Below the pieces are notes generated by a model. It saw only the letters and a list, made by a program, of their open reading frames with translations. It did no database searches and was not told where the DNA came from. A stretch of 63,129 bases of DNA, filler included, from Hyphochytrium catenoides (taxonomy: Eukaryota; Protista; Hyphochytriomycota): NCBI GenBank assembly GCA_900088475.1. It is 16 parts of 16 records of this genome, joined end to end, with 100 filler letters (N's around TTAATTAATTAA, not from the genome) between each part and the next. Parts side by side here need not be neighbours in the genome. Positions count along the whole stretch, not along the records: positions 1 to 4,290 come from FLMG01001260.1; positions 4,391 to 6,254 come from FLMG01002789.1; positions 6,355 to 12,008 come from FLMG01001194.1; 13 more parts are not named here. One strand, given 5' to 3'. Below, in pieces: positions 1 to 12,008 of the stretch. Positions within the stretch are counted from its first letter, which is position 1; each line of letters opens with the position of its first letter. The position numbers were made by a program, and so were the translations under genes.

Positions 1-676
1 ATGGCGTCATTACACCCTCATCCACGAAACAATCCATGAAACATTCAGTAGAGTAAAGAGCTTTTGGACGTGCACTGTTTATTTCGTGCCTTATACGTGT
101 GAAATACCCTTTCTCAACACCTTGGGCAGCTTCTTATGGTGTTATACCTGGCCAATAGTGTTAGATATCTTGGTAGATTGATGTTGAAGTCTGTGCGAAA
201 ACTTCCTGGGTCGGTGCCTTTCGGCTCAAGAAGCTTTTGAAGGAGAGAGAGAGAGAGAGAGAGAGAGGGAGGAGGGAAAGGGAAGAGAGAGAGAGAAAAG
301 AGGAGAGGAAACGACAAGCTTCCTAGCTTTATGTCGCCTCCTTCCATCTATCTTTCACTCTGTCTCGTGATTGTGATGCATCTAAATAGCTCTTTTGTAT
401 ATCCGTCACACTCTGTCTAGCCAAGGCTTGTCTCTGTCTGTTTCCCTCTTCCTTGGTATCTTCAGATTCTTGATAAAATCTTTGGTTCTTTCCCAGAAAA
501 ACCAAAGAGTTAGCGAGAAAGATTCGGACGGTTTACCTAGAATAGGGAAGGAAATTTCAGGACCGATTTTAATTGAAGCACAATAAAGAGTAATCAACCA
601 AGATTACTTTCGGTGTTCAATTGTCTTTTTATGGCGGCCAAAGAGAGCCAGAAGGATGCCATCAACATAGCAGAGT

Positions 677-722
<46 letters not shown>

Positions 723-1243
723 GAAGGAGAATGGAGGGGTAGAGAGAGAGAGAGAGGAAGGAGAAAGGAGGGGGAGAGAGAGAGAGAGTGGGAGCGAGCG
801 AGCGAGCGAGCCCGCCTGAGAGAGCATGGGCACATGGAGAGGGAGCGTTCAAGAGAGAGAAGGTAAGTGCAGCGGGCACGAGAGAAGAGAGAGCGGGACA
901 GTAGTAGCGTAGTGAGAAGAGCACAGATCAAGAGAAATGATCCAACGATAGTTCTAGGAGGACGGAGAGACAAGGAGGATCTGCGTTCACATCGAGGGAA
1001 GAGAGATAAGTTCAAACAGCCAGGATTCGAAGCCAATGAGTGACTATCACTATCGCCGGAGGAGGCAAAGAGGAGAGCGATAACGGAGCCCACAGGCACT
1101 AAGAAGAGTAGTCTTCTTCTTCCTCAATTCTCTCTTCTTTTCGCTACCTCACGGCTTGCTCTCAGCTTTTCTGTCTCTTTTTATCTCTTGCTGTCTTATC
1201 GGACCGTTCTATTTTGTACCCCCTCTATCTCACTCTTCCTTCC

Positions 1244-1303
<60 letters not shown>

Positions 1304-1536
1304 GCTATCTCTCTCACACACACACACACACACGCGCTATCTCTCACATTCTCTCTTCCCTTTCACTCAGCATTTATTCTGCCACCTTCTCTTTCGTTCC
1401 CTTGTGTTTCCATTCCTTCTCTCTCTCTCTGTCTCTTTATGTTCTTTGGTCTCTTGAGTGTATGTTAGTTCAACAGGCTGAACAGAGATGGGAACAGAAA
1501 GACAAGGGACGGGGGAAAAAAAGAGAGAGAGAGAGT

Positions 1537-1568
<32 letters not shown>

Positions 1569-1870
1569 AAGAGAAAGAGAAGTGGGTTTCCTAGTCCAAG
1601 TGCTTCTTGCTTACTAGTAAAAGATACGTTGACCCATGCAAAGAAAGAACTACTCGTCTGTCATAGCTGAGCTGATGATCAACAGCTTTTTTCTTCACGT
1701 CGGGACGAGAGATGGTATCTCTTTCCAAGTATTGCCCAGACATTGAAAGGATGGCAGAAGGAAAGAGAGAGAGAGAGAGAGGGTGGGGAAGAGAGAGAGA
1801 AAGAGCGCCTGAATAGGCACCCCGCTCCATCCCCTCTTGATCAAAGGCCAAAGGATGTAGAAAGAGGTAG

Positions 1871-2999
1871 CTATTCGGCGTTCGCTCTGGGCTGCTCTCG
1901 TCTCTTCTGTTTGCCAGGAACCCCGTTTCTCTCTTCTCTTCTTCCCGACCTGGAGCTGTCATCAAACACGCTTGTTTTGTTCTTCTTTCTCTCCCTCCGT
2001 TCTCTCTTCTGTCCTCTCTCTCCTCTCACTCTTCCCCCTTCCCTCAGTGTCTCTTTTTTTTTGCCTCCCTTTCCCCTTCCGTCCATCTCTTTGTCTCTCG
2101 CTCTCTCTTCTTTTCTTTCTCTTTCCGTCGACCTATCTCTCTTCACTCTTTCTGACTGTCCCTATGTCCTCTCCTTAATGTACTTGTCTCCCACTCCGTC
2201 CCATGCACGGTTTATTTTCTATTGGAAATTTCTTATAGGCGTTACTTCCTCTCTCTCTCTCTCTCTCTCTCTCTCAGAATGCCTGTCTCTCCACTGAAGA
2301 TGCGTCTTCCTGATGATGCTCTTCTTCTCCTCCATCTGCCGTTCTTCTGTTTCTTCCCTCTTCCTCTCCTGATCCGGGTTTCTCCTCTCCTGCAGCATAG
2401 TCTCCGACTGGATGTTCCTCTCCTGGTCCTGCGATTGCTTCTTCCCTGACCTCCATTCCTCCTTCAAGTCTCTCTCCTGCCATAGCATCGTCTCCCTCTC
2501 CTTCTTCTTCCCCTCCTCGCTGTTCCTCCTTTCCTTCCTCCTCTCTCTCTCCTTTCTCTCTCTCAGTCTCTCCTGAAGTAAGGTCAGCCCTTTGTCTCTC
2601 TTCTGTCTCTACTGCAGAAGGTTGTTCTTCCCCTGTCTCTTCTCCTCTCTCTCCTGTTGAACTTCCGGGCGTTGGCTCTGAGGCTGAAGGTGGTTCCAAA
2701 GGAGTGACAGAGTCAGGAGCTCCTCCTTTCATTTCTTCTGCCTCTCCTCTCTCTTCACTGGGCATTAAATCTCCCTCTTTCTCTTCTATCCATGCTTCTC
2801 TCTCTCCCTCTTTCTCTCCTTCTTCTCCTATCTCTTCGTCAGGAATGGAGCCTAAGAGCTGTGTGTTATAAGGATCAAAGGCTTGCTCTGGCGCTGGCTC
2901 TTCCGCTTGTTGGACGAGCTTGAAGGCTTTCGCATAGTCAGGATTCTGACTCACTTCGTAAGAGACAAGCATATACTTGGATATCTCCTTCCGAACTAA

Positions 3000-3092
<93 letters not shown>

Positions 3093-3916
3093 CAGGGAGA
3101 GAGAGAAACACAGGGAGGGAGAGAGAGACACGGGGAGAGAGAGAGAGCGCCGAGCGGCCAAGTTTGCAAGGTGTTAGAGCAGTAAAGGAGAGAAAGGACA
3201 AACAGAAAGGAAGGCAACAGGATGAAAAGGAAAGAGAAAGAGAGAGACAAGCTTCAAGGGCTGAGGAACGGCGAAGGCCCAACCTTTGTGTCTCTCTATC
3301 TCTCTCTTCTGTCTCCCTCTCTCTGTCTCTCTCTCGTTCTTTCTCTCTTCCTATCACTCTTACCATCCCTGAAAGGAGGGAGATCTCTCGCCTTTAGCTT
3401 GCCAAGGCCGAGGAGACCCAAGATGGGCTGCAGAAGAGCCCCGAATGACATCTGAAGAATGGGACCGACCACACTCCGAAGGATGACGTACTGGCGGTTA
3501 AGAGAGAAGAGAGACAGAGTGGAAGAAGAAAGAGTGAGATTGAAAGAAAGAGAGAGACGGGGTCTAGCATGCTAAGAGAAAGACAGGGAGAGAGAGAAAA
3601 CAGGTCTGCCTTGCAAGACATTGAATGGTTAGAATGAGCAGGAGGACGTGAAGAGACTGAACCATTGGAAATAGCTGGAATTCAAAGAGGGAAATGAGAG
3701 AGAGAAAGAGCGCTGAAAAGAGGAGAGAGAGAGTTTGCGAGAGGAGGGAGCGTTAGAGAAAAGAGGAAGAGCGAGAGAGAGAAGTGAGGAGAGAGCGAGG
3801 CTTACCGCTAGAATAAGCAATACAAGGGCGAAGGTCGGGATGGTCGAGAGCTGCGTCACCACTCTGCCCAGCGAGCTGTACTGCTCCTCCAGCTGCGCCG
3901 AGCTTCTCGATGATGG
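1871..3916 (-). CDS. 3' part of a spliced hypothetical protein with a long Glu-rich, then Arg/Lys/Glu-rich, C-terminal tail
   Basis: Phase-consistent exons 3916-3806, 3674-3610, 3490-3364, 2995-2283 and possibly 2161-1871 (...MSCK|YVILRSVVGPILQ...DLPPFRD V|RKEISKYML...). Two joins need GC donors. No family recognised. Confidence 0.55.
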
Positions 3917-4259
3917 CTGCAGAGCCCACAGGAGAGAGAAGCAAACGAGACATGGAAGACGTGGAGAGAGTGAGAGAGAGAGAGAGACAGAGGTGCCAAC
4001 GGAGCGATGGAGCGATATATAACGCCGAGAGAGCGCGAAAGAGAGGTCAGAAAGATGGGAAATAAGGGCAGAACTGTATGTTAAGAGCCTTGCTTGCTCC
4101 AACTCTCCTCTCTCTTCCTTTTCGGTCCCCCGTCCCTCAAGGTGAATGTCTCTCTTAATAAGACAGCTCTTCCCGCCTCTTTTCTCTCTCTCTCGGTTTC
4201 TGTCTCGGTCTCCGTACCCCATCCCCACACTTTCTGTCTCCATGACACATTAACAGTTC

Positions 4260-4290
<31 letters not shown>

Positions 4291-5154
4291 NNNNNNNNNN
4301 NNNNNNNNNNNNNNNNNNNNNNNNNNNNNNNNNNTTAATTAATTAANNNNNNNNNNNNNNNNNNNNNNNNNNNNNNNNNNNNNNNNNNNNGGGAAATCAC
4401 AAGCACTAAATAAAGACAGAGCATACAGCTTTATCTTCGTCTTGGTTCTCTCTCTTGCCACTGCCCTCCTCTCTTCTAACGACTAAGCTTCTTTTGACTT
4501 CTGGACGAGCTAAGTCTGTCACGATTTAAAAGGATCATATCCAGCGTTGCTCCTTGAGAGGGCACCCGACCCTTCACTCTCTTCTACCATTCTATTCGCA
4601 CCCTGAGATTTTTATCACCTTAATAGTCAGGGTTTTTCAGGAAGGTATGGTGCAGCGCCGTCTCCATCAACGTGCTACGTAGCTTTAGAAGCTGGTAGAC
4701 CAACCAACGTTGCATCAGAAGTGATAAATGAGACAGCTTGGGATGGATCGCACAGCAGGGCAGGACGAGAGTTGAAGGACAATGTTAAGGAGAGAAAGGG
4801 GTCTCAAGAGCGTCACAACAAGCATATATCCTTGAACAAAGAACTGAGTTTTCCACTGTTAGGATTACATCTGCTTACAAGCCTTGTAGACTAGCATGAG
4901 CTGCTAGCTCCGTCGTTCCTTCACTCCTTTTTCCTTTGCTCTCTCCCTCACTGCCTCTCGTTCTCTTACTCTGCTTTTGTTCTCACATGTATAAGGTAAG
5001 CACTTCGCAGAGAGTTACTTCCACAGAGACAAGAAAGCGTGGGTCCCTGTACTAGAGAAGAGGTAGAAGAAAATAACTATCAAGAACCAGAGAATGTCCC
5101 TAGATATATAAAATGAAGGTTATTCGGCACCCTGGGGCTCTCTCCTCTCTTTGG

Positions 5155-6254
5155 TTAGCCTCTTCTCTCCATCTCGTTTAATGTCTTCTTGATGATCCCA
5201 ACACACTCATGAAGGTTCTCTTCCGTCATTGTTAGCGGCGGAGCAAAGCGGATCGTGTCTCCTCTGGTTGGCTTCGCCAGCAGTCCATTGTCCCTAAGCT
5301 TTAAGCACACGTCCCAGGCATCTCCAAGTCCAGGTTTCTCCTTGATCACAATGGCATTCAGCAGTCCTTTTCCTCTTACTGTCGTGATGAGCTCTGACTT
5401 GATGCTGGTAGAAGGGCAGGAGGGGGGAAGAGGGGTGAGAAAAACCGAAGACCGCGAGGCAGAGTCAGAAGTAGACAAAGCAAGATTAACGCTCCAGTAT
5501 GACATGCAAAGAATATGAAGCAAGCACATCGTTACCCCTTGAGCTCTTGTCTAAGGATCTTTCCCAGCTTCTCCGCATTCTCCGGTAGCTTTTCCTCCTT
5601 CAACACTGTGAGAGCTGTCATTGCCACCTTGCATCCCAACGGGTTCCCTCCGTATGTTGAGCCTGGAAAAGCCCCACAGAAAGAGAGAGGAAAGGCGGGA
5701 AGGTTTCATGTTAGCCAAGAAGAACGGCTGAGAGCCGCAACCTTTAACGATAAAAGGACTTGAGAAAGAATAACGAAAGCGTCACAGGGTAACACCTCCT
5801 GAGCTTGCCCCCCCCACCACCACCACCATGTCACTCCGTGCTAAAGTGACAGTAGCCAGTGTTGCAAGGTTGAACGAAAGAGAGTGCGATACTGACCATG
5901 CTCCCCAGGATGGATTGTCAGCATAACTTCATCGTCTCCCAGCACCGCCGACACCGGGTAAGCGCCACCAGAGAGAGCTATCCGAGTCACCGGTGAGGTG
6001 AAGGCGTGAGAGAGGGAAGAAGCGTTTAGTTGATAACGTACAGCTAGGCCTTTCCTAAAAGTCAAAGAAGGTGCGACTTCCTTGAAAAGGGGACTGGCGT
6101 GCTACCATTCAAGATCCCTCTTTTCTCCTCTATCGCGTTAATTTATGCCTTGTGATCCACCCAACAAATACCTCTTCTCCAATCTTGCAGAGCCCCATTG
6201 CGCCGCCTCACCTTTGCCCAAGACCAGAAGATCTGGTCTCACTCCTTCATGGTC
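5155..6254 (-). CDS. OAT: Ornithine aminotransferase (class-III PLP aminotransferase), 3' half, 4 exons
   Basis: Spliced: [14 protein letters not shown]|[13 protein letters not shown]...HPGEHG|[13 protein letters not shown]...|[20 protein letters not shown]...[20 protein letters not shown]. Contains the PLP-lysine motif. Stop TAA at 5155. Confidence 0.95.
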
Positions 6255-8189
6255 NNNNNNNNNNNNNNNNNNNNNNNNNNNNNNNNNNNNNNNNNNNNTT
6301 AATTAATTAANNNNNNNNNNNNNNNNNNNNNNNNNNNNNNNNNNNNNNNNNNNNCCTGACACCAGCAGATAATGCTCCCAACAGCCAGAGATAGATGTGG
6401 GAACATGGCCTAACGAAGAGGCCAGTATTTGCCTCCTGTGAGATGAATGACGTTCCTCCTCTGGAAGGGGAGAGAGATATCTGTCTATAGCCACTATTAT
6501 ATAGCTAATAGCAAAGCCTTCTTTTTGGATTGTTTTGGAAGCAGCAAAGCGGTCCGATCCTTGGCGAGGCCAACACTAGGAATCCTCTCCTACTACTGCA
6601 CTCAAACGGCTCTGTCCCAAGGCCCTTAACGATGTTGGTAGAGTTTCTTTGTTGATCATCGGAGCCTCTTTCCCTCCCATCATGACGTTGCCCATCGCTT
6701 ACCCCTTCCCTATAATCACCTACTAGAGTAGCGTGAGCCCATTGAGGGTGCCATAAGCCTTTAAAGATAGCTCATAGGCTCTATCTGAGCCTTGCTATTC
6801 GCTGTATATACCCAGAGTTCTGAGGCTGCAGCAGAGCCGATGAAGCTTCTTCTCTACCGTCAACGCGTCCTTGGTCCGTTTTCCGCCCGCGCGGGTGTCC
6901 CTTGTAGACATACGAGCAAGAGACTAGTTGGAGGAAGTGCACATTGGCGTCCCCTTTGTAGAGAGTTGAGGAGAGAGGATGCGCTGGGTGACAGTTGGAA
7001 GTGATGAAAAGTCAGCGCCTCAGAGCTTTCAGACTCAAAAAAAAATGTGTCTGGACGTCTGGACCTGGTGGCCCCCAGACGGAGGAGCTCTTGGCCATCA
7101 TCTTGAGAGGCTCTCACTGTCCTCCTGCGAAGGAGAAAGAGGTCTCGTCTACGGCGGCAACTGGCTATAAGTCCGTGTAGCCTCCTTTGCGACGACCGGG
7201 CACGATGGACACTCGTTGCGCATCTCGAATACCAATGACTCTTCGCCTTCTTTCGATCTGTCTCCTCCTATGGGTGAGCTACTCGGGAGTGGCCGCTTCT
7301 GCTCTTGGCGAGCTGCGAAGGAAGAAGGTGCACCTAACTACTACTGGATCTTCAAAGATCTATCCACCACAAAGTCTCCCTATCCGTTGTTGGAAGGTGA
7401 TGGATGACCTTTCCCCATTGAAGTCTCTCGCGTCTGCCCCTACTACCTGCTCTCGCTCCCATCCATCCACAGCTCCTGGGTGTTCCGCCATGGCTCAAAG
7501 TATGCTCCTCGCCTGCAACCCCAGCCAAAAAAAGAAAAACTGAACTCATAGAAGAAGAAAGAATTACAGTGTAGCTTCCCTTACCCTTACTGTAGTAAAG
7601 GGGTGGCGGGGGGGAGCCTTGTTGGCTGCATGAATGCAGAATCTCCAATCCCAAAATTGGTGCAATATTCTCTCCACCAATCTGTCAACTACGAGTGTAA
7701 GAAAGAGCAGTCAAAAGTGAGGTGTGTAATAATAAGAGCATCTCCACCAGTTTCTATTTGTTGAGTTCTATTCTATTCTATCCTAGAATTTCAGCGCTGA
7801 TAGCCCCAACGAGTGTCCCACACCAACACGTTCTAGATCTATGCGACATTTGCGACAGCTCTTTGAGCGACGGCGAGTCTGTAGAAAGGAGCCATCGGTT
7901 ACGATTCCCGTCACAATAGCCGATAATGGCCTGAAGGAGGTACTAAGCATCCCACAATTTCGCCAGTTCTCAACCGTCCTACTGTTGGCCTGGCGCTTGT
8001 GATAACCAATATCTTTGCGTGAACATAGGTAAAGCGTGGCTCTCCAATCACCTCAAACAGCTCATCTTCGAAGTCTTCAATTAATGATGAAGACTGTAAA
8101 AGTGATATCATTAGGAAGAATTTTGAAGGGAGCCAGGAAGGGGAAGTTCCTTGGCTGAAGACTGAAGAAGGGCTGCATTTTTATGCCCC

Positions 8190-10712
8190 ATATGAAGATT
8201 TCGAGCTACCTTTGACTGGAGCAGACCTGCAGTGCCTGTTGAACTACAACCCTTGCCCTGCAACGAGAAAGGTGGATCGGATTGTTTGGCATAGAGAAGC
8301 GGTGTATGGGGTCTGGAAGCTCGTGCATCGAGACCCCAGGATGCCGCCTCAGGTGACACCCAGTACTAAAAGCACCCAAGATCATCCAACAGTCTCGGGC
8401 CTCATCAGAAAGTTTATGTACTGCAGCGGTTGCTTGAAGGGGTCCGGGTACAAGGTGACAAGGTACACCCTGGGTATCAACGTCAATTCAGCGAGGGAGC
8501 GACTAGAGAATCCGTACACGGCCAACCCAGCCATTCTGTATGTTGACTTTCAGAGAGCTCGAAAGGAGGACCACTAATGGAAGTGCTGTTGAACCAAATG
8601 GTGAAACGATAAAGAAGGATGCAGCAGCAAAGTACTCTTGCGTTCACAAGACCAACAAGCGCTACGGCACCTTCAGAGGTGTGGCTCGGGAAGAGTTTGG
8701 GAGCAAAGACAGTCTACCGCAGACTCTGCGCGCGGAGCTCCTCGGAACGTTATCAAGACTGCGGATTCTTACTGGCAATTGAGAGTTTATTCCCTCTGAG
8801 TTGCAGCTCGTACTAGCAAAAGCGAAGGGTTCGTAGCTCGAGGACTGTCTGTGCGAGGGAGCAACAGCGGCGGAATTTTTAGTAGCCTCCTCAACGCAGT
8901 GACTACCCTGCACTACAACAGTGCTTCTTCTGAAGAAGTGCTGAAAGGATCCCATTTCCAAGCCCGAGCAGAAAACCCCACCACTATCATTGAAGAACTA
9001 GCCCAAGAACGACTATTTGTTCGGCACTTGGAACTAACGGCTCAAGCTGGGGATGGCAGGTGGTCCCTACGGGCGTAGACAGACCAAAGCACGAAGAGAA
9101 GACCCCCCTAGTTCTCTCCGAGTTGTTAACATCGGATCTTTCTGCGGATTGTCTCGCTGACCATCTCGCTAGGCTCCGCAGATGTGAGAAGAAGCTGTGT
9201 GGTAGCAATGTGGTTCCTAATTTGTTCGTCATGGACTGCGGTCTTAACCTCCTCCGTTCGTCATGGACTGCGGTCTTAACCTCCTCAACGCAGCAGTTCT
9301 ATGGGTGTACATTGGGGAGACACTGCCCGAATACAAAGCCCGTTGGTACCAGAAGTTGGGAGAGGGTGGCAAGGACGACTCCTCCTCTGAGCCTGGCGAG
9401 GGAAAGACGGTTCCCTCTTGGTGCTACTCCGACGTCATCAGAGCGGTGAGAGACAGGGTCAACTCTGCTGGTTTCTTTCCAGCCGCTGCCTTCTCTCGAG
9501 AGTTGAAGGACCTAATGGTCCAATTGGCCCCCCCAAGACTCGTGGAGTCGGTCCGCAAAGAGGAGAGTGTAAAGGAGGTTGAAGCCAAGATCGAAGCTTC
9601 AACACCATCCTCCTCATGGAGCACCTTGAACTTAGTCATGTCAACCTTGCAACCCTTCCTACACGGGATGTCTTCCGTCGAGCTGATGCATCCAACCTTG
9701 GAGGCCAAGAGTACCCGCCGCGCGAGGACAAAGAGGTTGACGACAATGTTTCAGAGGATGACGGTGGAGATATAGATAGCAGCGAGGACGATGGCGTCAA
9801 CGTGCAGAGGGCAGGGGAAGTCTTCACGTATGTGGTCTCGGCGGACGGTCCTCTAGCACTTTCTGTTTACAGAAAGGTGAACGGCTTAGAAGAGGTCAGC
9901 ACCCAAGGCCTTCACGTTTACTCTGTCCAAGTTCGTGGGAGTTGTGGCGCTGGTGGAAGTTGCAGCCGTAACCGCAGAGGACATGACTGAAAGGGGAGGT
10001 ACTACCGTGCGGATTAAGAACCCATTCTACTGTCCTCGTGTGCGAGACTATATGTCTCGGTTTTGGTGGCCCAACTACCTAGTTTGGTCGAATGTCCTCT
10101 GGCGGGTTAGAATTAGGGTTATTGATACCAACACCACGGTGGAGGTTTACTTCCGCATGATGCGGGAAAAAACTTCCTAAAGCACGACTGCCCGTTGGGA
10201 CCTACGTAACGCTTCGAAAGCGGATCGTTGACTTAGAACGCACCCTTATAGTCGACAAGGCTATCACCAGCCGGCCATCCTCTCTTTCAGTTTCCCCAGG
10301 GAAGAAAAGAGGGATTGACGGATACGATAACCAAGAGCGTTGGTCAAAAAAAGAAACTACGCACGGACTCAGCCAGAGAGAAATAGCGTTCGCCGAACGT
10401 TTCCAACAGGTCTACAAGAAGAGTGCAGCATCAGCCAATACGAGCAGAATCAAATTCACGCAGAACACGGCTCGGGAGGAGATCAAGGCCAAGATTCGTT
10501 CTTGGAATACATCTCTTTCCATTAGCCAGGCCACACTGTCCCTGTTAATCAATGGCAAGAAGGTCCCTAAGGATAGGGGCATTCTGAGGGGCCTATCAGA
10601 TTGGATTTCTGAACACGAGTCCATTGATGAGCACTCAGCAAATAAAAGAATCAGTCCAGGGAGTAACTCTCCCCTGACATTGACTCCATTGTTGAGAGCC
10701 CAGGGCTGTTAA
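8190..10712 (+). mobile_element. Degenerate Mutator/MULE transposase of NOF (FB-NOF)-like type
   Basis: Colinear fragments across frameshifts: YCSGC...CVHKTNKRYGTFRGVAREE; TLHYNS; LSELLTSDLSADCLADHL...VPNLFVMDCGLNLLNAAV; KNPFYCPRVRDYMSRFWWPNYLVWS...DTNTTVEVYFR. These resemble NOF-like DDE blocks. A 32-bp tandem duplication at 9224-9286 shifts the frame. Confidence 0.7.
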
Positions 10713-10749
10713 AACTAACATAAATAAATAAGATCCTTATTCTCACAGA

Positions 10750-11405
10750 GGGGCATCGACTGAAATTGAGACTGAGGAGGAGCTTTGACAGAGAGTGAGA
10801 CTGAGGAGCATAGTGAGACTTATTAGGAGGAGCCTTGACAAAGAATGGGACTAAGGAGGAGCCTTGACAGAGAGTGAGACTGAGAAGGTGCTGACACAGA
10901 GAGAGACTGAGGAGGAGCCTTGACAGAGAATGAGACTGAGGAGAGCCTTGACAGAGACTGAGACTTATAAGGTGCTGACACAGAGTGAGACTGAGGAGGA
11001 GGAGTTTTGACAGAGACTGAGACTGGGGAGGAGCCTTGACAGAGAGTGAGACTGAGAAGGAGCTGACAGAGAGTGAGACTTAGGAGGAGCCTTGACAAAG
11101 CATGCGACTGATAAGGAGACTGGGGAGGAGACTGAGGAGGAGCCTTGACAGAGAATGAGACTGGGGAGGAACCTTGACAGAGAGTGAGACTGAGGAGCTG
11201 ACAGAGAGTGAGACTTAGGAGCCTTGACAAAGATTGAGACTGAGGAGGAGCCGCGACAGAGAGTGAGACTGAGAAGGAGCTGACAGATAGTGAGACTTAG
11301 GAGGAGCCTTGACAAAGAATGAGACTGAGGAGGAGGAGCCCTGACAGAGAGTGAGACTGAGGAGCATCGACTGAACCAGAGACTGAGGAGGAGCTTTGAC
11401 AGAGA
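10750..11405. repeat. Minisatellite, ~29-bp unit GAGACTGAGGAGGAGCCTTGACAGAGAGT (about 22 variant copies)
   Basis: Directly visible tandem units. Unit length is not a multiple of 3. Confidence 0.92.
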
Positions 11406-11964
11406 CCTATGACTTATTTATTACATACATAGAGGACTGGCGAATGGTCATCCGAGGTGACCTGGCCATCTAGGGCTTTGAGCCACAAAGAGTCTGCACG
11501 CTTTTTGACGTTGTTACTAGTGTCTTTGCCTCGCTGCATCTAACGCATTACTCCATCATGCAGCAGCGGCTCAGACAGGATACGTCGCGGAGCGTGTGCG
11601 CCACGGAGACGGTTGTTCGCTCTTCTTTATTCACAGCCTTCCTACTAGTAGGATTTACTTGCCACCCATCACTAAGAGGGTAGTACACTGATGATGAAGT
11701 CAAGCAGTAATCAACAATCCCGTGGCACCTTTCGAAAGCGCTCAGTTACGGCTTCAATATGGCGTTTTTTGAGCACTAAAAATTTCCTACTCCGTAATAG
11801 ACAAGAAGTTATGGCGATTTCTGTAGTGATCCATTCGTGGACGGGCCCTTCTATTATCATTCCACGGGCGGTCGTCGTCAGTAGTCAATTATGGATTAGG
11901 ATGAACCAGGTTTCTTTCGTCATTCATAATCCCATGCACACATTGGACAAATGGACATATAAAT

Positions 11965-12008
11965 CAGGGGTGGGCAATTATTTAATTTTAACTCCAATTT
12001 AATTTTAA
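11965..12008 (+). mobile_element. Possible hAT-type terminal inverted repeat start (CAGGGGTGGGCAA) plus AT-rich subterminal sequence, cut by contig end
   Basis: Matches a common hAT/MITE TIR start and is followed by ATTTAATTTTAA twice. Partner TIR not in the window. Confidence 0.35.

Noticed and set aside
4335-4346. Recurring TTAATTAATTAA palindrome as a biological motif
   Set aside because: Always centred in 88 Ns; it is an artificial six-frame stop linker.
10750-11405. CRISPR array or repeat-protein CDS
   Set aside because: Units are contiguous with no unique spacers, the period is not a multiple of 3, the context is eukaryotic and there are no cas genes.
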